From NCBI GenBank assembly GCA_963783305.1, contig CAWAMW010000007.1, positions 1 through 64,000 of the forward strand: 64,000 nt of DNA. Reading direction: 5' to 3'. The translations under genes were made by a program, and so were the position numbers. Every line of letters starts with the position of its first letter. Within the stretch, counting starts at the first letter, position 1. The stretch comes from an uncultured Gemmatimonadales bacterium. Lineage in GTDB: Bacteria; Gemmatimonadota; Gemmatimonadetes; Longimicrobiales; RSA9. Below are positions 17,441-27,400 of this stretch, piece after piece. The notes under the pieces are model-generated. The model did no database searches and was not told the DNA's origin. It saw only the letters and a list, made by a program, of their open reading frames with translations.

Positions 17441-18457
17441 ATGGCTCGACCACACACCGCCACCCGTCCCGCCAGCCGCGTCCGCACGGGTGCGCTACTC
17501 CTGCTGTCCGCGGCGCTCGTCGCCTGTGACGGTGCGCAGTCCGCGCTGGCCACGGCCGGGCCGGACGCGGCGCGCGTCGCACGGCTGTGGTGGTGGATGG
17601 CCGGTGGCGCCACGCTGATCTGGGTGGTGGTCGTGGGGCTGGCGTGGTACGCCATCCGGGTCAACCGGGAGGAGCACAGCGAGCGAGGGGCGACGCTCCT
17701 GATCATCGGGGGCGGCGCCGTCATCCCCACGGTGGTCCTCGGCGGGCTCCTCTTCTACGCGCTCTCCGCGATGCCGTCGCTGCTCGAGCTCCCGGCGGAG
17801 GACGGGGTGAGGATCGAGGTTTCCGGCGAGCAGTGGTGGTGGCGGGTCGAGTACCAGCTCCCCGACGGCGCGACGTTCGAGCTGGCGAACGAGATCTACC
17901 TCCCCGTGGGCCGCCGGATCGAGACCGTGCTGGTGAGCCCCGACGTGATCCACTCGTTCTGGATCCCCTCGATCGCGGGCAAGATGGACATGATCCCCGG
18001 GCGAGTGAACCGGCTGGCGCTGGAGGCGGACCGGACCGGCGTCTTCCGGGGCGCGTGCGCGGAGTATTGCGGCGCGTCCCACGCCCTCATGAGCCTGTAC
18101 GCCGTGGTAGTGGAGGAGCCGGAGTTCGACGCGTGGCTGGAGGCGCAGGCCGCGGGCGCCCGCCCGCCGCTGGACGAGCGGGGTCGCGACGGTCGAAGGG
18201 TCTTCATGGAATCTGGCTGTGGCGCCTGCCATGCGGTGCGGGGCACGTCGGCGGAGGGCGTTGTAGGGCCCGACCTGACGCACGTAGGGGGGCGCGTCAG
18301 CCTGGGCGCGGGGATCCTGCCGAACGAGCGGGAGGCGTTCGCGCGGTGGATCGCACGGGCCGACTCCATCAAGCCCGGTGTCCACATGCCCTCGTTCGGT
18401 ATGCTCCCGGTCGATCAGATCGGTGCGCTGGCCGCGTACCTCGAGGGGCTCCAGTGA
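17441..18457 (+). CDS. coxB: Cytochrome c oxidase subunit II with fused cytochrome c (caa3-type), lipoprotein
   Basis: Lipobox LVA-C; QWWW; DVIHSFW; CuA motif CAEYCGASHALM; C-terminal CGACH. Confidence 0.93.
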   Translation: MARPHTATRPASRVRTGALLLLSAALVACDGAQSALATAGPDAARVARLWWWMAGGATLIWVVVVGLAWYAIRVNREEHSERGATLLIIGGGAVIPTVVLGGLLFYALSAMPSLLELPAEDGVRIEVSGEQWWWRVEYQLPDGATFELANEIYLPVGRRIETVLVSPDVIHSFWIPSIAGKMDMIPGRVNRLALEADRTGVFRGACAEYCGASHALMSLYAVVVEEPEFDAWLEAQAAGARPPLDERGRDGRRVFMESGCGACHAVRGTSAEGVVGPDLTHVGGRVSLGAGILPNEREAFARWIARADSIKPGVHMPSFGMLPVDQIGALAAYLEGLQ

Positions 18458-21043
18458 GCGAGCGACGCGAGGCCGGGCCGGGCGATCCCGCGGCCCGCGG
18501 CCCGGTCACGGAGGAAAATGACCCGGGGCCGCTGCGGGGGCCGATCGACCCGGAGCACGAGCGGGCACAGCGCGAGCGGCTGAAGGCCGCGTGGAAGACG
18601 CCGCGGGGGTGGCGCTACTGGTCCGCCGTGAACAACTCGGAGGTGGGGACGTGGTACACGTCCATGGCGTTCATCTTCTTCCTGTTCGCCGGCGTGCTGG
18701 CGCTGCTCATGCGCACGCAGCTGATCGTCCCGGACAACGACTTCCTCTCGGCGGACCTCTACAACCAGCTGTTCACGCTGCACGGCTCCATGATGATGTT
18801 CCTCTTCGCCGTGCCGCTCTTCGAGGCGTTCGCCATCTTCATCCTGCCGGAGATGCTGGGCGCGCGCGACCTGCCGTTCCCGCGCCTGTCCGCGTTCGGG
18901 TTCTGGAGCTTCCTCATCGGCGGGATCTTCGTCGCGGGGTCGATCTTCTTCAACGCGGCGCCGGAGGGCGGGTGGTTCATGTACCCTCCCCTCAGCACCG
19001 CATACCAGAAGGGGATCGGCAACGACATCTCGGCTGCTGGGGCTGAGCTTCATCGAAATTGCGTCCATCGCGGCGGCGGTGGAGATCATCGTGGGGATCC
19101 TGAAGACGCGCCCCCCGGGCATGCGGCTGAACCTGATCCCGCTGTACGCGTGGTACCTGCTGGTGGTGGCCGCGATGATCCTGTTCGCGTTCCCGCCGCT
19201 GATCGCGGGCGACCTCATGCTGGAGCTGGAGCGCGCGTTCGACTGGCCCTTCTTCGACGCGGCCCGGGGCGGCGACCCGCTCCTCTGGCAGCACCTGTTC
19301 TGGATCTTCGGTCACCCGGAGGTCTACATCGTCTTCCTCCCGGCCATCGCATTCGTGGCCATGATCGTACCGACGTTCGCGCGCCGGGCGATTGTGGGCT
19401 ACAGCTGGATCGTGCTGGCGGCGGTGGGGACCGGCTTCATCAGCTTCGGTCTCTGGGTCCACCACATGTACACGACCGGGCTGCCGTCCATCTCCCTCGG
19501 CTTCTTCTCGGCGGCGTCGGAGGCGGTGGCGATCCCCACGGGCATCCAGATCTTCTGCTTCATCGCCACGCTCCTGGCCGGCCGCGTGGTGCGCTCGGTG
19601 CCCATGCTCTTCGTCTTCGGCGGGCTGGCCACGTTCGTGCTCGGCGGGCTGACGGGCGTCATGGTCGCCCTGGTCCCCTTCGACATGCAGGCCCACGACA
19701 GCTACTTCGTGGTGGCGCACCTCCATTACGTCCTGGTGGGCGGAGTGGTCTTCCCGATCTTCGGCGCGCTCCATTACTACATGCCGCTGGTGCGCGGGAA
19801 GATGCTGTCGGAGGCATGGGGGAAGATCTCCTTCTGGCTCATGTTCGGCGGTTTCAACCTGACCTTCTTCCCCATGCACTTCACGGGGCTGCGGGGGATG
19901 CCCCGGCGGGTCTTCACGTACCCGGCGGAAATGGGCTTCGACCTGCTCAACCTGCTCTCCACCCTCGGGTCCTATGTCCTCGCCGTGGGAATCGTTCTCT
20001 TCGTCCTCGACGTGCTCCGACCCCGGCGCAACCAGCCGCCGCCCGAGCGGAACCCGTGGAACGCCGGGACGCTGGAGTGGCTGGCGGAGGTCCCGGACCA
20101 GCCATGGGGGACGCGGTCGATCCCGGAGATCGACGGCCGCTACCCACTGTGGGACCAGCCCGACTTCGTAAAGAACGTCGATGAAGGCCGCTTCTACCTT
20201 TCCGACGCGGAGGAAGGGAGGCGGGAGACGCTTGTGACCAGCACGGTGGACGCCCGGCCACTCCAGTGCCTGCGCGTGCCGGGACCGACGTGGAAGACCT
20301 TCTGGGCCGCCATGTTCCTGGGCGCCGCGTTCATCCTGGCCACCTTCCACATGTGGTGGCTCGCGGGCGCCGCCGCGACGCTCGCGCTGGGAACGATCCT
20401 GGTCTGGCTCTGGACCGGCACGGCGGAGATCCCGGAGAAGGAGGCGAAGGATGTAGGGCTGGGGCTCACGCTGCCGCTCTACCAGTCCGGTCGGAGCTCG
20501 GTGGGCTGGTGGGCCATGTTCATCACCATGCTCGGCGACATGACCGCGTTCGCGGGCCTGGTGTTCGGATACTTCTTCTTCTGGACGATCCACCAGACGT
20601 TCCCGCCGGAGGGAGCCGTCGGACCGGGTGTTTTGTGGCCTGTGGTCGCGATCGGTCTGCTGGCCGGGTCGTGGGCGCTGACGTGGCTGTCGCACCGCTG
20701 GAACCGCGCGGATCGGACGGGGCTGTTCTATGGTGGTCTCGGGGTGGCGGTACTGCTGGCGATCGGCGGCGCGGCGGCGCTGGTGGCGGGGCCCTGGACC
20801 ACCGGGATGAATCCGACGGAGCACGCGTACACGGCGATCGTCTGGCTGCTCGTGGGCTGGACCGCGATCCACGTGGCGGCGGGCGTGATCATGCAGCTGT
20901 ACTGCATCGCGCGGCGCGCCGCCGGTCGGATGACCTCACGTCACGACATCGACATGTCCAACGTCCGGCTCTACTGGCACTTCGTGGCGCTCACCGTGGC
21001 CGCGACCGTCGCCGTGATGGCGGGCTTCCCCCTGATCGTGTGA
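18454..21043 (+). pseudogene. ctaD: Cytochrome c oxidase subunit I fused to a subunit III-like domain, interrupted by a +1 frameshift (true lesion or sequence error)
   Basis: TLHG, GWFMYPPL in the first frame; GHPEVY, WVHHM, AHLHYV, GMPRR and C-terminal YWHF in the second; deleting C19031 restores ...NDIWLLGLSFIEIAS... and an 862-aa ORF. Confidence 0.9.
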
Positions 21044-21048
21044 GGCGC

Positions 21049-21474
21049 ATGGATACCCGGAACGAGCGCACCGATCCGCGGCGGCCCACGCCCGACGAGG
21101 GAGCGACATCGGAGAGCCAGCAGACTCTATGGCTGCTCCTGGCCTCCCCGACGCTCTGGGCCGCCCACTTCCTGGCGTGCTACATCACGGCGGCCATCTG
21201 GTGCGCCAAGGCGGGCGGGGCCACCGGCTCCATCGGCTGGGTGCCCGCCGCCGTGGCCGTCTATACGGTCCCCGCCCTCGTGGGGATCGGGGTGGTGGGC
21301 TGGATCGGCTGGCGCCGGCACGGCTATGGCACCGGGGCGGTGCCCCACGACTTCGACACGCAGGCGGACCGCCACCGGTTCCTGGGATTCGCGGCGGTCC
21401 TCCTTTCCGGCTTGAGCGCAGTCGCGGTGCTGTACGTCGCCGCGGTGGCCATGTTCTTCCGGACCTGCCGGTGA
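21049..21474 (+). CDS. Three-TM accessory membrane protein of the oxidase operon
   Basis: PTLWAAHFLACY, DRHRFLG; lies directly after ctaD. Confidence 0.8.
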   Translation: MDTRNERTDPRRPTPDEGATSESQQTLWLLLASPTLWAAHFLACYITAAIWCAKAGGATGSIGWVPAAVAVYTVPALVGIGVVGWIGWRRHGYGTGAVPHDFDTQADRHRFLGFAAVLLSGLSAVAVLYVAAVAMFFRTCR

Positions 21475-21481
21475 GGGCGGC

Positions 21482-22618
21482 GTGAAGCGGCGACTGATCG
21501 AGCTGACGGCCTTCCTGCTGGTGGTGGGGTTCCTGGGGGTGATCGTGGTCGCCTCGGGGGTGGTGCCAGTGAAGGCGAGCAGCGGTCACTGGCCGATCAC
21601 GCGCGCGTTGCTGAGCTTCGCCATGCGTCGCTCGGTGGAGACGCACGCGGCCCGGATCGAGGTGCCGGACCTCTCCGACGACGGGCTCGTCCTCCGCGGC
21701 GCCGGCCAATACGACCGGGCCTGCCAGCCATGCCACGGCGCTCCAGGTGAGCGGCCGTCGGTCGTGCTCCAGGAGCTCACGCCGGTGCCGCCCTACCTCC
21801 CGGACGCCATCACGCTGTGGGAGCCCGCGGAGCTCTTCGAAATCGTCAAGCACGGTGTGAAGATGACCGGAATGCCCGCCTGGCCCGCGCTCCAGCGCGA
21901 TGACGAGGTGTGGGCCATGGTGGCCTTCCTGACGCTGCTTCCAGATATGGAAGCCGAGAAATACCGCGAGCTCGCCTGGGGGGCGGCGTCGGACACCGCC
22001 GAGGCGCTCGGTGCCGAGCGGATGGCGGGAGTGCCCGCGCAGGTGGCGGCCACCTGCGCCCAGTGCCACGGGCCGCACGGACTCGGGCGCGGGGAAGGCG
22101 CCTTCCCCCGGATCGCCGGTCAGAGCGCGGCGTACCTGGCCGCGACCATCGAGGCCTACGCGGACGCCGACCGCCACAGCGGCCTCATGCAGCCCGTCTC
22201 CGCCGCGCTCGACACCGGGACCATCGCAGCCCTTGCCCGCCACTATGCCGCCGCGACCCCCGACGGCGGTGCCCACCAGGACGATGGCACGCACCCGGAT
22301 TCCGCGCTGCTGGCGCGGGGGAAGGAGATCGCGGTCCGGGGGATTCCCGAGCGGAAGATCCCCACCTGCACCGAATGCCACGGCCCCGGTGTGGGGCCGC
22401 GCAACCCGTTCTACCCGGCGCTCGCCGGCCAGTACGCGGACTACCTCGAGCTCCAGCTGCGCCTCTTCCGTGAGGAGCGGCGCGGCGGGACCGTGTACGC
22501 GAAGATCATGAGCAAGGTCGTGCACGCGCTCGAGGAGGATGACGCTCGGGCGGTGGCACTGTGGTACGCGTCGCTCGCGTGGGGTGGGTCTGCAGGACCG
22601 CCTCGCTCGCCGGAGTGA
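21482..22618 (+). CDS. Membrane-anchored tri-heme c-type cytochrome (c4-like di-heme C-terminus)
   Basis: CQPCH, CAQCH, CTECH; GVKMTGMPAW; PRIAGQ/PALAGQ. Confidence 0.92.
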   Translation: MKRRLIELTAFLLVVGFLGVIVVASGVVPVKASSGHWPITRALLSFAMRRSVETHAARIEVPDLSDDGLVLRGAGQYDRACQPCHGAPGERPSVVLQELTPVPPYLPDAITLWEPAELFEIVKHGVKMTGMPAWPALQRDDEVWAMVAFLTLLPDMEAEKYRELAWGAASDTAEALGAERMAGVPAQVAATCAQCHGPHGLGRGEGAFPRIAGQSAAYLAATIEAYADADRHSGLMQPVSAALDTGTIAALARHYAAATPDGGAHQDDGTHPDSALLARGKEIAVRGIPERKIPTCTECHGPGVGPRNPFYPALAGQYADYLELQLRLFREERRGGTVYAKIMSKVVHALEEDDARAVALWYASLAWGGSAGPPRSPE

Positions 22619-22649
22619 CCGAGAGTGCAAAGGCCGATCCGGGCGGCCG

Positions 22650-23318
22650 TCACCAGCCCATTTGGCTCATGCGGCGCTGGATGATGTCGGTGTACCAGCC
22701 CATCCCGGCGGGCTCCCGGCGGAGCGGGGCGGGGAGGAGGGCGGCGAGGCTGGCGGCCTGACGCCGGGAGAGGTCGGATGCCGGGATGCCGAAGTGGTGG
22801 CGGGCGGCGGCCTCCGCGCCGTAGGTCCCGGGCCCGAGCTCCACCACGTTCACATACAGCTCGAGGATCCGGTCCTTCCCCAGGATCCACTCGGCCGGAG
22901 GCGTGAGCGCCCACTCGTAGAGCTTCCGGAGTGGGTTCCGGTGCGTGGTGAAGTAGAGGTTCTTCATCAGCTGCTGCGTAAGCGTGGACGCCCCGCGCAT
23001 GGGCTCACCTCGCTCTTGCGCCCGCTCCCGCGCCCGGCGCAGCTCCTCCCAGTCGAAGCCGTCGTGGCGGAAGAACCGCGCGTCCTCGGCGGCCACGACC
23101 GCGTGCGGGAAATGGCGTGAGATCCGCTCCACGGGGCGCCAGCGGTAGTCCAGCAGAGGGCGCTGCCCCGTGACCGCGCGCTCCACCGTACGCTGCACCT
23201 GCACCGCGGTGGTCACCGGAGGGAGGAATCGGAGGTATACCAGACCCACCACGCACAGCACGTAGTAGGCGACGGGCAGCAGTCCCAGGATCACAAGCGT
23301 CCGACGAAGTCGCTTCAT
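22650..23318 (-). CDS. mtgA: Monofunctional peptidoglycan transglycosylase (GT51)
   Basis: AEDARFFRHDG, GASTLTQQLMKN, RKLYE, ILELYVN. Confidence 0.9.
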   Translation of the reverse strand: MKRLRRTLVILGLLPVAYYVLCVVGLVYLRFLPPVTTAVQVQRTVERAVTGQRPLLDYRWRPVERISRHFPHAVVAAEDARFFRHDGFDWEELRRARERAQERGEPMRGASTLTQQLMKNLYFTTHRNPLRKLYEWALTPPAEWILGKDRILELYVNVVELGPGTYGAEAAARHHFGIPASDLSRRQAASLAALLPAPLRREPAGMGWYTDIIQRRMSQMGW

Positions 23319-23422
23319 GGTCCGCCTCCGCGGGCAAGTCGTGTTCCGCGCATTCGCCTCGGGAGGAATGGTGATTGCCACGCCGGACTACACTCTTCCT
23401 TCGATCCGCCAGGAGAGCTTTC

Positions 23423-24031
23423 ATGACCGGTAGCACCGCTCGAATCGCCGTCATCTCCGTACTGCTGACGCTCATCGTCCTGGCCGCGGCCGGCCTCGCC
23501 TTCGTCTATTCGGGCGCCTACAACGTGGCCGCCACGGAGGACCACACCGCCGCCGGCCGCTGGCTGCTCGAGACCGTACAGGAGCGGTCCGTCGCCGCCC
23601 GGGCGGACGAGGTGCCGGACCCGCCGGCGTTCGACTCCAGCCTCGTGGCGCACGGCTTCGACCATTTCCGCTCCATGTGCGTGGTCTGCCACGGCGCGCC
23701 CGGCGTGGATCGGGGCGAGCCGGGGAAAGGGCTGTCCCCCACACCGCCGGAGTTCTCGGAAGAGGCGGGCGAGCTCACCACACGCGAGCTCTTCTGGATC
23801 ACGAAGCATGGGATCAAGATGGCAGGGATGCCCGCGTTCGGCACCACGCACTCCGACGAGGAGATCTGGGGGCTCGTGGCGTTCCTGGAGGGGCTGGATG
23901 GGATGACCGCAGAGGAGTACCAGCGGTGGGAGGCCCGCGCGACGTCGTCGGCCGGGGGCGAGGCGGCGAGCGGCGAGGAGTCGAGCAGCGGTCACTCGCA
24001 CGCGCCGGGAACGGAGTCGCACGAGCACTGA
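23423..24031 (+). CDS. Mono-heme cytochrome c with His-rich tail
   Basis: AGGAG RBS; TM anchor; CVVCH; GIKMAGMPAF; C-terminal GHSHAPGTESHEH. Confidence 0.88.
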   Translation: MTGSTARIAVISVLLTLIVLAAAGLAFVYSGAYNVAATEDHTAAGRWLLETVQERSVAARADEVPDPPAFDSSLVAHGFDHFRSMCVVCHGAPGVDRGEPGKGLSPTPPEFSEEAGELTTRELFWITKHGIKMAGMPAFGTTHSDEEIWGLVAFLEGLDGMTAEEYQRWEARATSSAGGEAASGEESSSGHSHAPGTESHEH

Positions 24032-24085
24032 CGCGCGCGGATCGGCACGCGCGCCGAAGCGGAAGCGGGCCGCACTAACGTCGCC

Positions 24086-24219
24086 GCCGCGCGCAGCGCG
24101 GTCGCCTCGCGCGTAGCGCGGGCGATCGACCCCCCGCGCCAGCGGAGTCCTCGGGAAGCGAAGCGACCCCCGAGGATCGACCCCCGCGCCAGCGGGTCCC
24201 GCAGGGATCGACCCTCGAC
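24086..24219. repeat. REP-like palindromic repeat cluster
   Basis: GATCGACCCCC(C)GCGCCAGCGG x2, GCGAAGC/GCGCAGC/GCGTAGC hairpins; related copy at 48961-49018. Confidence 0.75.
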
Positions 24220-24402
24220 CCGCCGCCCCCCACTCCTTGAGCCGCCTGCCGAGGGACCCCGCCGGGCCCTCCGTCGGACGGTGCAGCCGCTTTCTCGGGC
24301 CCCGTCTCCCCGCTACACTCAGGGGCGGCTCGCGCGGGCGATTCTGCGTGCGAGCGCGCCGGGCACGGAGGGCCACTTACGGGGCGCGGGGGACCTGCAA
24401 GG

Positions 24403-27400
24403 ATGTCGTCAGGGGCGATGGTGGAGGGGCTCGCCGCATTGGGCGCGGCCATGGACGCGGTAGGGGATTCCGCCAGCGGCCCGATCCCGGAATCGGCCGC
24501 CCGGTCGCTCCTGAAGGAAGCCGAGGCGCTGCTCTCGGAGGGGCCGCCCACGACCGACCAGCGCGAGCTGTGGTGGGCGTTCCTCGACCTCACGGGCCGC
24601 CCGGCCTATCTCCGCGCGCTCCCCGACGACCTCCACCGCCGCCGCTGGAACGACGCGGTCGCCCGGGTCATCGAGGGCACCCGGTTCACGCTGGGCGACC
24701 TCTTCGAGCAGCGCGTCCGGGAGGTGCCGGACCGGATGCTCCTGCAGCACGCGGGCGACGCCCACGTCCCCGGCTGGAGCTACCAGCGCGCGGCCCGTCA
24801 GATCCGGAGCGTGGCCGCGGCGCTCCTCGGACCGGCCCCAGGCGCCGATTCGCCTGCGGGGGCCGCCGACTCACCCACCGCAGCCGGCCGGCCGCGCGTT
24901 GTGATCTTCGCTGAGAACGCCATGGCGACGGCCGCGGCGGACCTGGCCTGCCTCTTTCACGACATCTTCGTGGCGCCCCTGAGCGTGCACACCGACTCGG
25001 ACACGCTGGCGTGGATCGTCGAGCGCCTGGCGGTGGACACGGTCGTCACCGACTCCGAAGACCGGCTGCTGAAGGCGCTGCGCGTGCGCGACCGGACGGG
25101 TCGCCCCACGCGCATCTACGTGACCGACCCGGAGCTGGCGGATCCCGCCCGGTCCGTTCTGGCGCTCGAAGCCGAGGCCGCCGGGCTCGCCGAGCGGGAG
25201 ATCGACGCCCGGCTCGGCGCACGACCGCGGTTCGGGATCCGCGATGTCTGCACCGTCCTGTTCACCTCCGGCTCCACCGGCCGGCCGAAGGGCGTGGCGT
25301 TCACGCAGCAGAACCTGGTGAGCAAGCGCTTCGCCCGGGCCGCCGCCCTCCCGGACGTGGGGGAGGACGAAGTCTTCCTCTGCTACCTGCCGCTCTTCCA
25401 TACGTTCGGGCGCTACCTCGAGCTTCTGGGCGCCATCTACTGGCGCGGCACGTACACGTTCGCGGGCAACCCATCAGCGGAGACGCTCTTCCGGCAGCTC
25501 CCGGAGGTCCGGCCCACCGGGCTCATCAGCATTCCACTGCGCTGGGCGCAGGTCCACCAGCGGTGCCTCGACGCGGTCGGCGCCGCTTCCAGCCCGGCGC
25601 GGCAGCGCGAGGTCTTCGCCGAGATCACCGGCGGCCGCCTGCGCTGGGGCCTGTCCGCCGCGGGCTACCTGGAGCCCCGCGTCTTCCGGTTCTTCCACCG
25701 GCACGGCGTGCAGCTCGCCAGCGGGTTCGGGATGACCGAGGGGACCGGCGGGCTCACCATGACCCCCCCGGGCGACTACCTGGACGACTCCGTGGGCGTC
25801 CCGCTCCCCGGCACCCGCGTTCGGTTCGGCGAGAGCGGGGAGCTGGAGATCTCCGGGTCCTATATCGCCCGGTACCTGCCGGAGGATGACGCCCCGGGCG
25901 ACCTGACGGTCGACTCCCCGGAGAGCGACGACCACTGGCTGGCCACGGGCGACCTGTTCCGCGAGATCCAGCGCGGCCACCTCCAGATCGTGGACCGGGT
26001 CAAGGACATCTACAAGAACAACAAGGGGCAGACCATCGCGCCCCGGAAGGTGGAAGCCGCGTTCGTGGGTGTGCCGGGGATCCGCCGCACGTTCCTGGTG
26101 GGCGATGGCCGCGCCTACAACACGCTGCTGATCGTACCGGACCCGGAGGACCGCGTGCTCCAGGGCCTCTCCACCGACGAGGAGCGGGAGTACTTCCAGC
26201 GGCTGGTCATCCAGGCCAACCTGGACCTGGCGCCGTACGAGCGGGTGGTGGGCTTCGCGCGGCTGGACCGCGATTTCTCCGCTGACGGCGGCGAGCTTAC
26301 GCCCAAGGGCTCGTATCACCGGAAACGGATCGAGGAGACGTTCCGTGAGACCATCGACGGTCTCTATCGCCGGGCGGCACAGGAGCTCCGGATCGGCGAC
26401 CTGACGGTGATCATCCCGCGCTGGTTCCACCGCGACCTGGGCCTCCTCGAGGACTCCATCCAGGTCGACGAGGGCGGGCTGGTGGACACCGGCCGAGGCC
26501 GGCGGCTCGCGGTGGCGCCCGGCGGCGCGCCCGGACGGTGGCGCGTCGGCGACCTCGAGTACGCCCTGGAGGGAGAGGGAGAGGGCGCCACTCTCGACCT
26601 GGGCGCCTTCGTGCGCCAGCCGCTGCTCTGGGTCGGGAACCCGGAGCTGGTGGCGTTCGGTCCGTGCAAGGTGGGGTGGGACACGCGGAAAGTCGCACGG
26701 GAGCAGGTGCGCCTCCCCGACCGGGTGCCCGGGGCGGGGCGGCCGCCCACCGGCGGCGTGGCCCCCGCGGAGCTGCACGACCTGGACTTCCTGTGCCAGC
26801 GCGCGCTCTACGGCGCTGACGCCGATGCGATGGAGGCGGTGGACGAGCTCCGCCGGCTCCTCGATGGCGCGGGCCACCGGGTGGGTGGGCTGATCCGTCG
26901 TCGTCTGGAAGCGCTCTCGAACCACCCGAGCGAGGCGCTCCGCTGTCGCGCGTACGAGGTGCTCGTCCTCGACGACCCGGTGCCGGACTACAGCCGGTTC
27001 CTCCCTGCGTTCGTGGAGTCCGGCCGCTCGTTCCTCTGCCCGGAGAGCATTCGCGCCATTGCCGCAGTGGTGGAGCCCCGCAGGCTGCACGCGCTCCGGC
27101 GGCGCATGCACAGCTACCGGCTTCAGCTGGAGTGGCCGGCCGATGAAGGCCGCCGGCGAGTCTTCGACGACCTGTTCCGGCTCCTGGCGGATTTCGCCCG
27201 GTTCCAGCCGGATTTCTACGGCACGGTGCGCGAGGAGCTGGTGGCGTGGGTGCTCCACGACGGCGATCCCGAGCTGGCCCGCCTCGCCGAGCGCCACTTC
27301 CACGCGTTGGCCGACTGGTTCGAGGCGGAGCTGCGCGACCGCTCCCCCCGGCACCTGGATCCCGCCGCGTGGGAGGGCCGGATCGAGTTCCAGGAGGGAC

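Noticed and set aside
19021..19046. Programmed ribosomal frameshift in ctaD
   Set aside because: No slippery heptamer or homopolymer at the site
17587..20184. 865-aa ORF as one protein
   Set aside because: Only 18454-19030 is real (subunit I N-terminus); the rest is off-frame
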